A DNA stretch of 48,404 nt, taken from IMG/VR virus record IMGVR_UViG_3300045988_155859; one strand, 5' to 3'. Below are positions 15,850 to 25,872 of this stretch, in pieces. Each line of letters begins with the position of its first letter. Within the stretch, counting starts at the first letter, position 1. Position numbers and translations under genes: made by a program. This DNA comes from a virus (taxonomy: Duplodnaviria; Heunggongvirae; Uroviricota; Caudoviricetes). A model generated the notes under the pieces. It worked only from the letters and a program-made list of their open reading frames with translations. It made no database searches and was not told the origin of the DNA.

Positions 15850-15998
15850 ATGGTCTTGGCATTTTTCTGATGGTTGTGGCTGTGTGTTTTTGTATCTCGC
15901 TGGTGGTTATTGCTGGTGTCCTGTGGCGCATCTTAGTGGCGCAGAGAGCTTTTCGGCTTAAGCGGGAGCAAATGCGCCTTGATTTCTATCGAAAGTAA
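15846..15998 (+). CDS. Candidate small membrane protein (50 aa)
   Basis: MNGLGIFLMVVAVCFCISLVVIAGVLW..., overlapping the upstream stop and followed by a terminator; below the ORF-track length cut-off. Confidence 0.25.
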   Translation: MNGLGIFLMVVAVCFCISLVVIAGVLWRILVAQRAFRLKREQMRLDFYRK

Positions 15999-16005
15999 CT
16001 CTTAC

Positions 16006-16034
16006 AGCCTCGCGTGTCGCGGGGCTTTTATTTT
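16006..16034 (+). terminator. Intrinsic terminator
   Basis: AGCCTCGCG-TGT-CGCGGGGCT hairpin followed by TTTTATTTT. Confidence 0.5.
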
Positions 16035-16045
16035 CAGGTGATGTT

Positions 16046-16456
16046 ATGGAAAAGAAAGAAGATAAACCGATTGCCATTGGTGCAGAGTCTGTTCCGTTTA
16101 AGTTTGAATTATCCCAACTGGTAACAATGCGTATCAGTGAAGAGTGGGGAGAAGTTCAAGCCCGTGCTCAGTATGCAAATGGCGAAAACCAGTATTTGAT
16201 TCACTATCAGGCGGCTGATGGTCGTGCTACCACAGAGTGGTTCGGTGAATCGATGTTGATTGCGATGGAAGATGATCGTTATCCAGGCTGCCCTGTTTTT
16301 GCCTGTGTTGATTTGCCAGAAGGCGCGGTACTTGAAGACGACAAAGAAGAATGCTCGTCTGATGGCGAACTTGTCATTACTGGAATCGTTGATGGTAAGC
16401 CGGAATACTCTCGTATTGAGGTAAATAACGGCCGCATCCGTTTGATCCCTGCGTAA
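16046..16456 (+). CDS. Hypothetical protein
   Basis: 136-aa ORF. Confidence 0.45.
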   Translation: MEKKEDKPIAIGAESVPFKFELSQLVTMRISEEWGEVQARAQYANGENQYLIHYQAADGRATTEWFGESMLIAMEDDRYPGCPVFACVDLPEGAVLEDDKEECSSDGELVITGIVDGKPEYSRIEVNNGRIRLIPA

Positions 16457-16690
16457 CGCATTACAGCAGCTCTTGTGCTTACCAGGGGCTGCGATAATGC
16501 GCAAACCAAAGCTGCCTCATTAACTCCAGCTCGCTGTGGAGTTAATGCTGGTGGCTTTTTTATTACTGGAAGGTGGGCGACCGCCGTCAGTTGCGACCTG
16601 ACGACAGTCATTCATACCCACAGGGTGCCGTGGATACAAACCGAGGCCCACTTGCTTGCACAAGCGAGGGGATTTTAGCGGATAAACGGC

Positions 16691-17314
16691 ATGACAAAAC
16701 ATCTTAATGTGGTTTCTTTACCACTTTCTGTGTTGATTGGTTATGAAAAGAACGCTCGCACACACTCCGTGGAGCAGGTAGATCAGATTGTTGCCAGCAT
16801 ACAGGAGTACGGATGGACTAATCCGATCCTGATAGACGAGAACAACGTTGTAATTGCTGGTCATGGTCGAATTGCTGCGGCCACTCAGTTGGGGATGGAT
16901 GATGTTCCCTGCATTGTTCTGGCTGGGCTAACGGAGAATCAGAAGAAGGCATATCGTCTGGCCGACAACCGTATTCCGCTGAATGCTGGTTGGGATGAAG
17001 AGTTGTTAAGCGCGGAGCTTGCAGATCTTGCGGCCGATGATTTTGCTCTGGACTCAATTGGTTTTACTCAGCGCGAACTGGATAACTTATTGAGTGCGGC
17101 GGTCTACGATGACACAGAGGGTATGGATATCCCATTTGAGAAGGATGAGGCCAAATCAGGCGTAAAAGTTCAGTACCTGTCATTTGGAGGTCATAAAATC
17201 CCGGCAACGGATGAGGAAGCGGATCGTTTTGACTGCGCGGTGTCTCGTTATGTTGATGATAATGGTAGCTATATCGGATTTGTATCCGCATTGCTGGCTG
17301 GGGAGGTGTGCTGA
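16691..17314 (+). CDS. ParB/Srx-fold (ParB N-terminal domain) protein, paralogue 1
   Basis: ...NPILIDENNVVIAGHGRIAAA...QKKAYRLADN..., clearly paralogous to the 19981 ORF; no obvious partition-type HTH region. Confidence 0.65.
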   Translation: MTKHLNVVSLPLSVLIGYEKNARTHSVEQVDQIVASIQEYGWTNPILIDENNVVIAGHGRIAAATQLGMDDVPCIVLAGLTENQKKAYRLADNRIPLNAGWDEELLSAELADLAADDFALDSIGFTQRELDNLLSAAVYDDTEGMDIPFEKDEAKSGVKVQYLSFGGHKIPATDEEADRFDCAVSRYVDDNGSYIGFVSALLAGEVC

Positions 17315-18687
17315 TGCTTCACCTGAATTACGACATAACGCACCTACGCGGCGCGGAATATAACCCGCGTTTTATCGGTGAGGATGATCTTGCGAGGCTG
17401 GCGGAAAGCGTCAGGGAGCTGGGGCTTGTGAAGCCATTGATAGTGCGCGGCGATTTGCTGGTGGCGGGACACCAAAGGACGAAGGCGCTACGTAAGTTGG
17501 GAATAACGCGTGCTGCGGTGTATGTGTTGCCCTGTGAAACGACGGTATACGACGAAGTACGGTTTAACCAACTGCATAACGGAACGGATTTTGATAGCGG
17601 AGATGAGCGTTGCAGGGTGTCCGGTCTGGAAGATAAGCATGGTTTTGTTCAGGTATCGGCAAGCCAGATCTCAGGCAATATGCGCGCGAAAATGGCATAT
17701 GTTCGAAAGAACATAGCGGAACTGGTTATCAAGTATGGTCCGTGGGGTGGTTGTGTTGCTACTCAGTCTGGTGAGGTTATTCACTGTGCTCAGTATGCAT
17801 TAGCAGCGAAAATGACGCGCACACCGCTAACGGTGTTTGTGATCCCTGATGTTGAGAAGGAAAAATACCAAAGTTATCTGAATAAAACTTATGGTGTATT
17901 TGAGTATTCTCATCTGGAGAAAACAACATACATCCAGACGTATGCGCAGCTTATGCGGTTGCGTAATGGTGGCAGCCTGAAATCAAACCTGTATGAGTCG
18001 TTGATCCTCCCGATCATTGCCAAGACGCCAAGAGGAATTGATTTTGGTTCGGGGCAGGGAGACTACGCGCGAATGCTCAGGGCAAAGGGATATAACCTGC
18101 ATGATCTCGAGCTTTTCCGCCGTAAGGGCGCTGGAAACACTCTGGATAGGACCGCAACAAACCGGATGATTGATACGCTGGTGGACGACTTAAAAACGCG
18201 AGGGCGTTACGACTACGTGATTTGCGATAGCGTTTTGAACTCGGTCGATAGTGTCGAGGCTGAATGGTCTGTTCTGACGGTTCTGAAAGGCCTGTGTAAA
18301 GCTGGTGGGTCAATATTCTTTTCTGGTCGTAGCCGTGGAGAGCTGGAAACAGTCCTGAAGCAAACACAAGCGGCGAGTTCCAAAAGCCGGCTTTATTTTA
18401 TTGATCATAACGGTTTTACCGCGTTGTACCGGAAGGGGCACTGGTTTTACCAGAAGTTTCACTCTGATGATGAAGTGAAGCAGTTGTGTCGTGTACATGG
18501 TTTCAGGATTAAGCGGTCAATATTCAACTGTAAGAGCTGGTATTTGCACGTTATTAACGATGATTCTCTTCGCTGGGAGAGTCTGGAGAAAGCTGTTCGT
18601 TTTGAGTTTGAGTTGCCGTTGCCTGGTGGTTCAACAATCGGACGATCTGATGATGTGCTGGCGGCTTTCCGGCCGTTGATTAAGTAG
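17308..18687 (+). CDS. ParB/Srx-like N-terminal domain fused to a class I SAM-dependent methyltransferase domain
   Basis: N-terminal ...LIVRGDLLVAGHQRTKALRKLG...; C-terminal GIDFGSGQGDYARML (motif I) and YDYVICDSVLNSV; no DPPY/NPPY motif seen. Confidence 0.6.
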   Translation: MLMLHLNYDITHLRGAEYNPRFIGEDDLARLAESVRELGLVKPLIVRGDLLVAGHQRTKALRKLGITRAAVYVLPCETTVYDEVRFNQLHNGTDFDSGDERCRVSGLEDKHGFVQVSASQISGNMRAKMAYVRKNIAELVIKYGPWGGCVATQSGEVIHCAQYALAAKMTRTPLTVFVIPDVEKEKYQSYLNKTYGVFEYSHLEKTTYIQTYAQLMRLRNGGSLKSNLYESLILPIIAKTPRGIDFGSGQGDYARMLRAKGYNLHDLELFRRKGAGNTLDRTATNRMIDTLVDDLKTRGRYDYVICDSVLNSVDSVEAEWSVLTVLKGLCKAGGSIFFSGRSRGELETVLKQTQAASSKSRLYFIDHNGFTALYRKGHWFYQKFHSDDEVKQLCRVHGFRIKRSIFNCKSWYLHVINDDSLRWESLEKAVRFEFELPLPGGSTIGRSDDVLAAFRPLIK

Positions 18688-18703
18688 TGTGTAGGAGGCG
18701 CTG

Positions 18704-19423
18704 GTGGCTGACAGAATTGAGATAAAGATGGATTTTTCTTCTCAGGATATTCAACGACAACTCCAGCGCCTTGAAGAACGTGAATTGCCATTCGCAATGG
18801 CGCTTGCGGCAACCAGAACGGCAAAGGCTTCTCAGGCTGCGATTAAGAATGAAATTAATCGGGTATTTGACAGGCCCACGCCGTGGATTCAGAACTCTAC
18901 TTACGTTTTGGCCGCAAAGAAGAGTGATCCTACAGCCATTGTGTATGCTCGTGAATGGGGAGGAACGCCAGCCCCTGTAACGTTGACTCCGCAAATCGAA
19001 GGTGGCCAACGACAGTACAAACGCTCAGAAGGGGCGCTAAGGGCTGGTGGATATTTGCCTAACGGCTGGCAGCTTGCTCCTGGTCCCGGCGCAAAGCTGG
19101 ACAAATACGGGAATATTTCGCGGGGGCAATTACAGCAGGTCTTATCTGGCCTAAGAGTTCAGCGAGATGCGCATCAAAATCGCCGTCAGGGCAAGCCTAC
19201 GGAGTTTTTTGTTGTTCGACCTGGTACAAGTAACCCGCTTCAACCAGGCGTCTGGCAGCGCGTTGGGCGGCGTCCTACGTTGATCCTTACGTTTATCCAG
19301 CAACCTAACTATTCGCAGCGTCTTGATTGGCATGGCGTGGCGCTACGTGCTGGTGAGGATGCGTTTGCTGATGAAGTCACAAAGGCTATTGATGACATTC
19401 TTTCTAAGACGTTCTCTCGTTAA
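18704..19423 (+). CDS. Hypothetical protein
   Basis: GTG start with GTAGGAGG RBS; 239 aa. Confidence 0.45.
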   Translation: MADRIEIKMDFSSQDIQRQLQRLEERELPFAMALAATRTAKASQAAIKNEINRVFDRPTPWIQNSTYVLAAKKSDPTAIVYAREWGGTPAPVTLTPQIEGGQRQYKRSEGALRAGGYLPNGWQLAPGPGAKLDKYGNISRGQLQQVLSGLRVQRDAHQNRRQGKPTEFFVVRPGTSNPLQPGVWQRVGRRPTLILTFIQQPNYSQRLDWHGVALRAGEDAFADEVTKAIDDILSKTFSR

Positions 19424-19614
19424 TCATCGTGTGGTTGATGGTGTTGTTATGCAGGGTGTATTCACTGTGTTCTGTAGCGTCGCTCGCTGGCTGTCTGTGG
19501 GTGAGCACGAGCATCGTTTCATCGTCCGGCAGAATTGGGTCCTTCTGGCCAAAAGCGTTGGATGCGGGTCATTCGAACCCCGATGTTCGGCTAGCTAAAC
19601 GTGAAAAAAGTTAG

Positions 19615-19980
19615 GTTAAAAGTTGCGGTAAAAGAAATTTACTCATCTCATTGAAAAATATCGGGAAAACGTGATTTTTTGCTGTATTTGTGCTGGTAAA
19701 AAGAAAGTAGAAAATTTTCTTTTAGATCATCAAGATACGCGCAGATCTTTAACCAATGTGATGTTGTTCTGATAAAAATCGTTATAAATCATGCAAATAC
19801 ATCCAATCTTTTAACCAAAACACCATCGCAAGATCCTTTTTACTTATAAAAACTTAATAAAATCAGATAATTATGCTGGTTTGTGTGATTTTTTATGAGT
19901 AAAAAGATCGTCATTTTTCTCTTTTAGTATCAATAAGTTAAACAGTTTTCTTTAACCTGTTGTGTTATGGTGGTTAAAAA
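19615..19980. promoter_or_regulatory. AT-rich non-coding region with iterated AGATC and GTGATTTTTT motifs (candidate late promoter and/or packaging-site region)
   Basis: 366 bp without a convincing ORF; four GATC sites within 185 bp (19725, 19744, 19832, 19906), each as AGATC; GTGATTTTTT occurs twice; CTTTAACC three times. Confidence 0.4.
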
Positions 19981-20571
19981 ATGACTCTAAAAATCGAATA
20001 TTTACCAGTCGGTAAGCTGCTCAGATATGCCAAAAATTCACGGACTCATTCAGATGAGCAAGTTGAACAGTTGGTGAACAGTATCCGTGAGTTCGGTTTC
20101 ACTAATCCTGTGCTGATCGATGAAAAGAATGAACTGATTGCGGGGCATGGTCGGCTTGCAGCAGCCGAAATTCTGGAAATGGATAAAGTTCCGGCGATTC
20201 GGTTGAGTAACCTTTCTGAAAAACAGAAGAAGGCTTACAGGATTGCAGATAACAAGCTGGCCTTAAATGCTGGCTGGGATATGCAGCTTCTGGCCGAAGA
20301 AGTCAAAGAGTTAATGGATGATGATTTTGATATTGATCTGCTTGGGTTTAATGATGCAGAGCTTGACGAAATGTTAAGCGATGAACAGCCGCAGGAAGAA
20401 GACGATAATTCTTCCCCTGTTGTTCAAATTAAGTACCTGGCTATTGATAAAGAACGTATTCCCGCGACGGATATGGAAATTGCATTGTTGCTGGATGTTT
20501 ATCGTCAGTACCACGACGCGCATGAAACGCATGAGGGATTTGTTCAGTATCTTGCTAATGGTTGCAAGTAA
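19981..20571 (+). CDS. ParB/Srx-fold protein, paralogue 2, immediately upstream of the terminase genes
   Basis: ...NPVLIDEKNELIAGHGRLAAA...QKKAYRIADN..., paralogous to 16691-17314. Confidence 0.65.
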   Translation: MTLKIEYLPVGKLLRYAKNSRTHSDEQVEQLVNSIREFGFTNPVLIDEKNELIAGHGRLAAAEILEMDKVPAIRLSNLSEKQKKAYRIADNKLALNAGWDMQLLAEEVKELMDDDFDIDLLGFNDAELDEMLSDEQPQEEDDNSSPVVQIKYLAIDKERIPATDMEIALLLDVYRQYHDAHETHEGFVQYLANGCK

Positions 20572-21122
20572 TGGCCATCGTCAGTAAGTCAGAGTTTGCC
20601 CGCCGGAAAGGTATTTCTCCGGCAATGGTTACGAAGCTCTGTCGTTCCGGTCGCATTCCAGTGCTGAAAAGCGGCAAGCTGGATTTTGATAAAGCCAGTG
20701 CGGCTTATGAAGCGAGCCGACAGGTTGGTCGTGAGGTATCTGCTGAAAATGGAAAAAGAGGGCATGGGATATCTTCGGAACAACCAGAGTTACCCGCTGA
20801 TGATGCCGGATTAGCTGGTGGTACTTCCGGTGTTGCGGTGCAATTCAACAAGGCTAAGACCGCAGAAAAAATTTATCAGGCAAAGCTGAAACGCCTTGAA
20901 TTTGAAGAAAAGGAAGGCTCTCTCATCGCTAAAGATGCGGTCAGGGATGATGCATTTCTGGCAGCTAATGAATTGCGTAGCCGCTTATTTAGTATTGCTC
21001 CAAGAGCAGCTCCCCGTTGTGAAGGCAAAACAGCCAGGGAGATCGAGCGCATTATTGAAGACGAGATTAATTTTGCGCTTCAGGCGCTCCAGGAATCCCG
21101 ATTTATTAAGCAGGAAGAATAA
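20571..21122 (+). CDS. Terminase small subunit (lambda Nu1-like)
   Basis: N-terminal HTH-like SKSEFARRKGISPAMVTKLCRSGRIPV; directly upstream of the large subunit; ATG at 20571 preferred over the upstream TTG. Confidence 0.7.
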   Translation: MAIVSKSEFARRKGISPAMVTKLCRSGRIPVLKSGKLDFDKASAAYEASRQVGREVSAENGKRGHGISSEQPELPADDAGLAGGTSGVAVQFNKAKTAEKIYQAKLKRLEFEEKEGSLIAKDAVRDDAFLAANELRSRLFSIAPRAAPRCEGKTAREIERIIEDEINFALQALQESRFIKQEE

Positions 21123-21127
21123 ACCTC

Positions 21128-22984
21128 ATGGGCGAAACAGTATGGAGCACCGCTTTTTTCCGTGCGCTTCGCCCTAAATCACGGCTAACTGTTTCCGAAT
21201 GGGCTGATAAGTATCGTCATGTAGCGCCGGGAACGTCTCCAGAGCCAGGGCCGTGGCGTACAAGCCGAGTGCCATATTTGCGTGAACCAATGGATGTTAT
21301 TGGTGACGCTGATACAGAAACAGTAGTGATGCAATGTAGCTCGCAAATTGGTAAATCCGAATTACAGCTAAATGTTATGGGTTACTTTGCAGATCAGGAG
21401 CCATCTCCTCAGTTGATGATTTATCCAACGGTAGAGGCGGCTGAGGCTTTTTCAAAAGAGCGTATTGATCCGACGTTCAAATATTCCCCTGGTTTGAAAC
21501 ACAAGCTGCATGAAGGGAAAGAGGGGCGCGGTGCAGCCAAAAAGTCCAGCACGACTATACGTATGAAGCATTACGCTGGTGGATATATAGCACTTGTTGG
21601 TGCTAATTCCCCAGCAGGTCTTGCATCCAGGCCAATTCGAATACTGTTAGCTGATGAGATTGATCGTTACGGTGTGACGCAGGAGGGCGACCCACTAAAA
21701 CTAGGTATTCAGCGTACTACCAACTTTCATAATCGTAAGAAAGTTTTTGTTTCTACTCCTGTTTTGGAGGAAACAAGCAAAATCCACAAGTGGTTTAAGC
21801 TCTCCGATCAGCGTTACTACCATGTTCCTTGCCCATGTTGTGGCACCATGCAGGTGATGAAATGGTCGCAAGTCAGATGGGATAAGAGCGATTCAGGTGA
21901 GGCGTTACCGGAAACGGCCAGATATGAGTGCTGTGAGTGCGGCGGGATTATGCGCGGATCTGGTAAACCAGACGTTGATTGGTTGGCGAAGGGGGTATGG
22001 ATAGCTGAACATACTGGAGTTAAAGGTATTGTTGGTTTTCATATTAACAGTCTTTACTCCCCGTGGGTTGCATTGTCAGAGCTGGTTGAAGAATTTACGG
22101 AAGCAACCAGAAACCGCGATAAAAATGGATTAATGGAGTTTATTAACCTTAAGCTGGGTGAGCCATGGAAAGAGGATGCTAAAGACGATATCGATCCTGA
22201 ATACTTGTTGCAACGCAGAATAAGGTTTGAAGAGTTTTTACCAGATGATGTTTTATTGTTAAGTGCTGGTGTTGACGTACAGGACACGTATTTAGTTTGT
22301 GAATTGGTCGGTTGGGGAAAAGGTAAGGAGTCATGGGGGATAGAATATAAAATATTCCCAGGTGATCCCGCACAAGATGTTGTCTGGAAACAACTTGATG
22401 AATACTTACTCCGTAGCTGGTCATTCCGTGACGGTCGAAAATTACAGATTTCTTCCGTTTGTATTGACTCTGGTGGGCATTTTACGACAGAGGTATATCG
22501 CTTTACTAAGCCGAGAGAATCAAGGCGAATATACTCTATCAGGGGGCGTGGTGGGGTAGGTTTACCATTTATAGGAAAGCCAAGTAATAATAACCGTGTG
22601 GGTGCTATGTTGTTTAATTTGGGGGTTGATGATGGTAAAGGGACCATCATGGCAAGAATTAAACTACATGATCCTGGTCCTGGTTATATGCATTTCCCAT
22701 TAGATTCTGACAGAGGATATGATACCGAATACTTTAAAGGATTATTATCAGAGAAAAAAATATTTGAATATAAAAATGGGCAGACAAAAGAAAAGTGGGT
22801 GAAAGTCTACGAGCGTAACGAGCCTCTTGATTGCCGTAACTATGCAACTGCCGCGATGGAAATTCTGAACCCTAATTTTAACTGGCTTGCCGAACAGGAA
22901 ATGCGAGGTAATGTGTATGTGCAGAACTCGTCAGGTATACGTAGAAGACGCCGTAGAGTTATAAGTAAAGGCGTAACCATATAG
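21128..22984 (+). CDS. Terminase large subunit (lambda gpA-like)
   Basis: 618 aa; N-terminal VSEWADKYRHV...PGPWRTSRVPYLREPMD pattern as in gpA-type terminases; ATPase and nuclease-length regions. Confidence 0.85.
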   Translation: MGETVWSTAFFRALRPKSRLTVSEWADKYRHVAPGTSPEPGPWRTSRVPYLREPMDVIGDADTETVVMQCSSQIGKSELQLNVMGYFADQEPSPQLMIYPTVEAAEAFSKERIDPTFKYSPGLKHKLHEGKEGRGAAKKSSTTIRMKHYAGGYIALVGANSPAGLASRPIRILLADEIDRYGVTQEGDPLKLGIQRTTNFHNRKKVFVSTPVLEETSKIHKWFKLSDQRYYHVPCPCCGTMQVMKWSQVRWDKSDSGEALPETARYECCECGGIMRGSGKPDVDWLAKGVWIAEHTGVKGIVGFHINSLYSPWVALSELVEEFTEATRNRDKNGLMEFINLKLGEPWKEDAKDDIDPEYLLQRRIRFEEFLPDDVLLLSAGVDVQDTYLVCELVGWGKGKESWGIEYKIFPGDPAQDVVWKQLDEYLLRSWSFRDGRKLQISSVCIDSGGHFTTEVYRFTKPRESRRIYSIRGRGGVGLPFIGKPSNNNRVGAMLFNLGVDDGKGTIMARIKLHDPGPGYMHFPLDSDRGYDTEYFKGLLSEKKIFEYKNGQTKEKWVKVYERNEPLDCRNYATAAMEILNPNFNWLAEQEMRGNVYVQNSSGIRRRRRRVISKGVTI

Positions 22985-22995
22985 AGGAAATATAA

Positions 22996-23235
22996 ATGAA
23001 CAATGAAGCATTTTCTCTGACTGAAGCCAGAGAGATGTTATCTGTCTGGCGGGAAGCATATCGCGCTATTGCTATTGGCGGTCAGTCATATAAATTTGGT
23101 ACGCGGCAGTTAACTCGTGCGGATTTATCAGAAGTCAGAAAAGAGATGGATTACTGGCGTAATGAAGTAGAAAGATTATCAGCAGGTGTACGCCGAGGCC
23201 CACGAATTAAACGAGTGGTGATAAGAGATTTATGA
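22996..23235 (+). CDS. Head-tail joining protein (lambda gpW-like)
   Basis: 79-aa ORF between TerL and portal, the position and size of gpW. Confidence 0.5.
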   Translation: MNNEAFSLTEAREMLSVWREAYRAIAIGGQSYKFGTRQLTRADLSEVRKEMDYWRNEVERLSAGVRRGPRIKRVVIRDL

Positions 23236-24806
23236 ATATTCTTGATCGAGTTATTGCGCCGTTTTCACCTCAGAGGGCATTAAATCGAGCTTTGGCAAGA
23301 AAACGGTTAGAAGCACTTGAAGGTATTAATAACCTTGGATATTCACGTCATGGTGCAAGCACTCATAAAAAATCATTAAGGGGTTGGTTTAGTAAAGCTG
23401 GTTCTCCTGATGATGATATTGTTAAAAATATAGATAAATTGCGTGAGCGTTCTCGTGATCTCTTCATGGGAAACCCGCTATCTGTTGGCGCAATAAAAAC
23501 TATCAGGACAAACGTTGTTGGTTCCGGTTTAAAACTAAATGCGAACATTGATGCCGATTTCTTGGGGATGACGCAGGAAGAAGCGCGAGCATGGGAAAAG
23601 CATGTTGAGCGTGAGTTTAGATTATGGGCTGATTCTCCAAATTGTGATGCATCAAGAATGTGTACTTTTGGACAATTGCAATCATTGGTCCAAATATCTG
23701 CGTTAACATCTGGCGATATATTTGCTGCGCTACCAGTTATTAAGCGTAAGGGTGTTATATATGATTTGTGCGTCTATTTAATTGAAGGTGATCGTGTTTG
23801 CAATCCAGAGGATCGTTTTATACCAAATCTTTACGGTGGCGTAGAGGTTGGTGAATTTAGCGAGCCTGTGGCGTACTGGGTTGCAAAACATCACCCAGCC
23901 GGGACTTCTGGTTTTGTAACCCGCAAGTGGGAACGTATTCCCGCATATGGGAGTAAAACAGGAAGAAGAAATATTCTGCATGTCATGCAGGATTTTGAAA
24001 GGCCTGGGCAACGCCGTGGCGTTCCTGTCCTTGCTCCTGTAATTGAAGCATTGAAGCAGTTAGGACGATACACCGATGCTGAATTGGTTGCTGCGGTTGT
24101 GTCAGGGATGTTTACTGTCTTTATTAAAACAGACGCTCCTGATGGGCCAGTCGGTGAATCGGGTGTCCCTCAGTACGAGCAGATCGATAACCATGATAAT
24201 AACACCCAAGAAATGGGGAATGGCTCCATAGTAAGTTTGGGTGAAGGTGAGTCGATAGATACAGCAAATCCCGGGCGACCAAATACGGCATTTGATGGTT
24301 TTGTTGTCGCCATATGCCGTCAAATTGGGGCTGCTTTAGAACTCCCTTACGAACTCTTGGTAAAGCATTTTACAGCAAGTTATAGCGCAAGCAGGGCCGC
24401 ATTACTTGAAGCCTGGAAAATGTTCCGTATGCGACGTGACTGGATGGTTCAGTCATTTTGCCAACCGATCTATGAGGAATGGTTGGCCGAAGCCGTTGCT
24501 AAAGGTCGTGTTATTGCCCCTGGTTTTTTTTATGGGCCTGAATATCGCGCTGCATGGAGTGGCGCTCAATGGTATGGCCCATCACAAGGCCAATTAGATC
24601 CCCTTAAAGAAGTCAAAGCTGCAAAACTGCGTGTTGAGGAAACATTCTCTACCCGTGAAAAAGAAGCGGCTGAAATGTCAGGTCTTAACTGGGAAGAAAC
24701 CGCACAAATCTGTGGCAGAGAAGAGAATGCTCGCCGTGAGTTGGGGCTTATTACACCTCCTGTTTCTGAGGTAAATGAACAAAATATGGAGACTGATGAT
24801 GCCTAA
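23232..24806 (+). CDS. Portal protein (lambda gpB-like)
   Basis: 524 aa, in the position between gpW-like and protease. Confidence 0.85.
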   Translation: MNILDRVIAPFSPQRALNRALARKRLEALEGINNLGYSRHGASTHKKSLRGWFSKAGSPDDDIVKNIDKLRERSRDLFMGNPLSVGAIKTIRTNVVGSGLKLNANIDADFLGMTQEEARAWEKHVEREFRLWADSPNCDASRMCTFGQLQSLVQISALTSGDIFAALPVIKRKGVIYDLCVYLIEGDRVCNPEDRFIPNLYGGVEVGEFSEPVAYWVAKHHPAGTSGFVTRKWERIPAYGSKTGRRNILHVMQDFERPGQRRGVPVLAPVIEALKQLGRYTDAELVAAVVSGMFTVFIKTDAPDGPVGESGVPQYEQIDNHDNNTQEMGNGSIVSLGEGESIDTANPGRPNTAFDGFVVAICRQIGAALELPYELLVKHFTASYSASRAALLEAWKMFRMRRDWMVQSFCQPIYEEWLAEAVAKGRVIAPGFFYGPEYRAAWSGAQWYGPSQGQLDPLKEVKAAKLRVEETFSTREKEAAEMSGLNWEETAQICGREENARRELGLITPPVSEVNEQNMETDDA

Positions 24807-25863
24807 TTGGTGGGAAATAAAAAATAGCACGGGTGAAGATGACTCTCCGGCTGAACTTTTAATTTACGGGTATATTGGTGAATTTGATGAGGTTTCTTCT
24901 TCTGACATAGTTAATAAATTAAAGGATATTTCATCAAATACTATCAACGTAAAAATTAATAGTTATGGTGGTTCTGTTTTTACTGCTCAAGCTATTCTTT
25001 CATCATTAAAGCGTCATAAGGCGAATATTACGGTTTATATCGACGGGATTGCTGCATCGGCTGCAACTATTATTGCAATGGCGGGTGATAAAATTATTAT
25101 CCCATCTAATGCTATGATGATGATCCATAATCCGTGGATATTTGCTGCTGGCGATGCGGATGAATTGCGTGATATTGCTGAGATGATGGATAAGATACGC
25201 AATAGTATTTTATCTGCATATAAGGAGAAAACAGGGCTTTCTGAGGATAAATTAATTGAACTAATGGATCAGGAAACATGGCTAAATGCAGAAGAGGCTG
25301 TAGAGCTTGGATTTGCTGACGAAGTTGAAAAACCAATACGCTTATCCGCTTCTATAAAGGAAGGGATGCTTTCGCTTAATGGAATAACTTTTGAAGCATC
25401 AAGGTTTTCAAAATTACCTGATTCACTCGCAAAGTTGCCGCAAAATAAAAATGAGTTATCTACTGAATCAAATGAACAAAATGAGGACGATATTGTGACT
25501 CTTGATGAATTAAAAAATAAATATCCAGAATTATACAATCAGGTTTTTAATGCTGGTAAAGACGAGGGCGTTAAATCAGAACGCGAGCGCATTGAAACAA
25601 TCGAGAATAGCGTGATTCCTGGTCATGACGACCTGGTTAAGAATGCAAAATTCAAAACAGGAGTTTCTGCGGCTGAACTTGCTTTGGAAATTATGAATGC
25701 AGAGCGAGCGCGTAACAAAAACTTTCTTAATCAACGGCAAGAAGACGCAAGTGAGGTGAATGATTCAGTTGATGTTAATCAACCAGAAAACAACGGCAAC
25801 AAACAGGCTGAAGCAGTAAAAAATGTTATTGGGTCAGTATTTAAAAACCGCGATAAAAATTAA
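24775..25863 (+). CDS. Prohead protease (ClpP/S49-like) with C-terminal scaffold-like region
   Basis: YGYIGEF...INSYGGSVFTAQAI...GIAASAATIIAMAGDK serine-protease-type core, followed by a charged low-complexity C-terminus; true start may be the ATG pair near 24796. Confidence 0.75.
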   Translation: MNKIWRLMMPNWWEIKNSTGEDDSPAELLIYGYIGEFDEVSSSDIVNKLKDISSNTINVKINSYGGSVFTAQAILSSLKRHKANITVYIDGIAASAATIIAMAGDKIIIPSNAMMMIHNPWIFAAGDADELRDIAEMMDKIRNSILSAYKEKTGLSEDKLIELMDQETWLNAEEAVELGFADEVEKPIRLSASIKEGMLSLNGITFEASRFSKLPDSLAKLPQNKNELSTESNEQNEDDIVTLDELKNKYPELYNQVFNAGKDEGVKSERERIETIENSVIPGHDDLVKNAKFKTGVSAAELALEIMNAERARNKNFLNQRQEDASEVNDSVDVNQPENNGNKQAEAVKNVIGSVFKNRDKN

Positions 25864-25872
25864 GGTGAGTTT

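Noticed and set aside
16691-20571. ParB/Srx-domain proteins as the centromere-binding partner of the partition ATPase
   Set aside because: The ParA-like gene is immediately followed by a ParG-like RHH gene, which is the expected partner for small ParF-type ATPases. The ParB-domain proteins lack a partition-type HTH and sit next to the packaging genes.
22054-22650. 198-aa minus-strand ORF inside the terminase large subunit gene (and similar antisense ORFs inside other structural genes, e.g. 7797-8195, 27482-27841)
   Set aside because: Fully embedded antisense to well-supported genes; interpreted as shadow ORFs.
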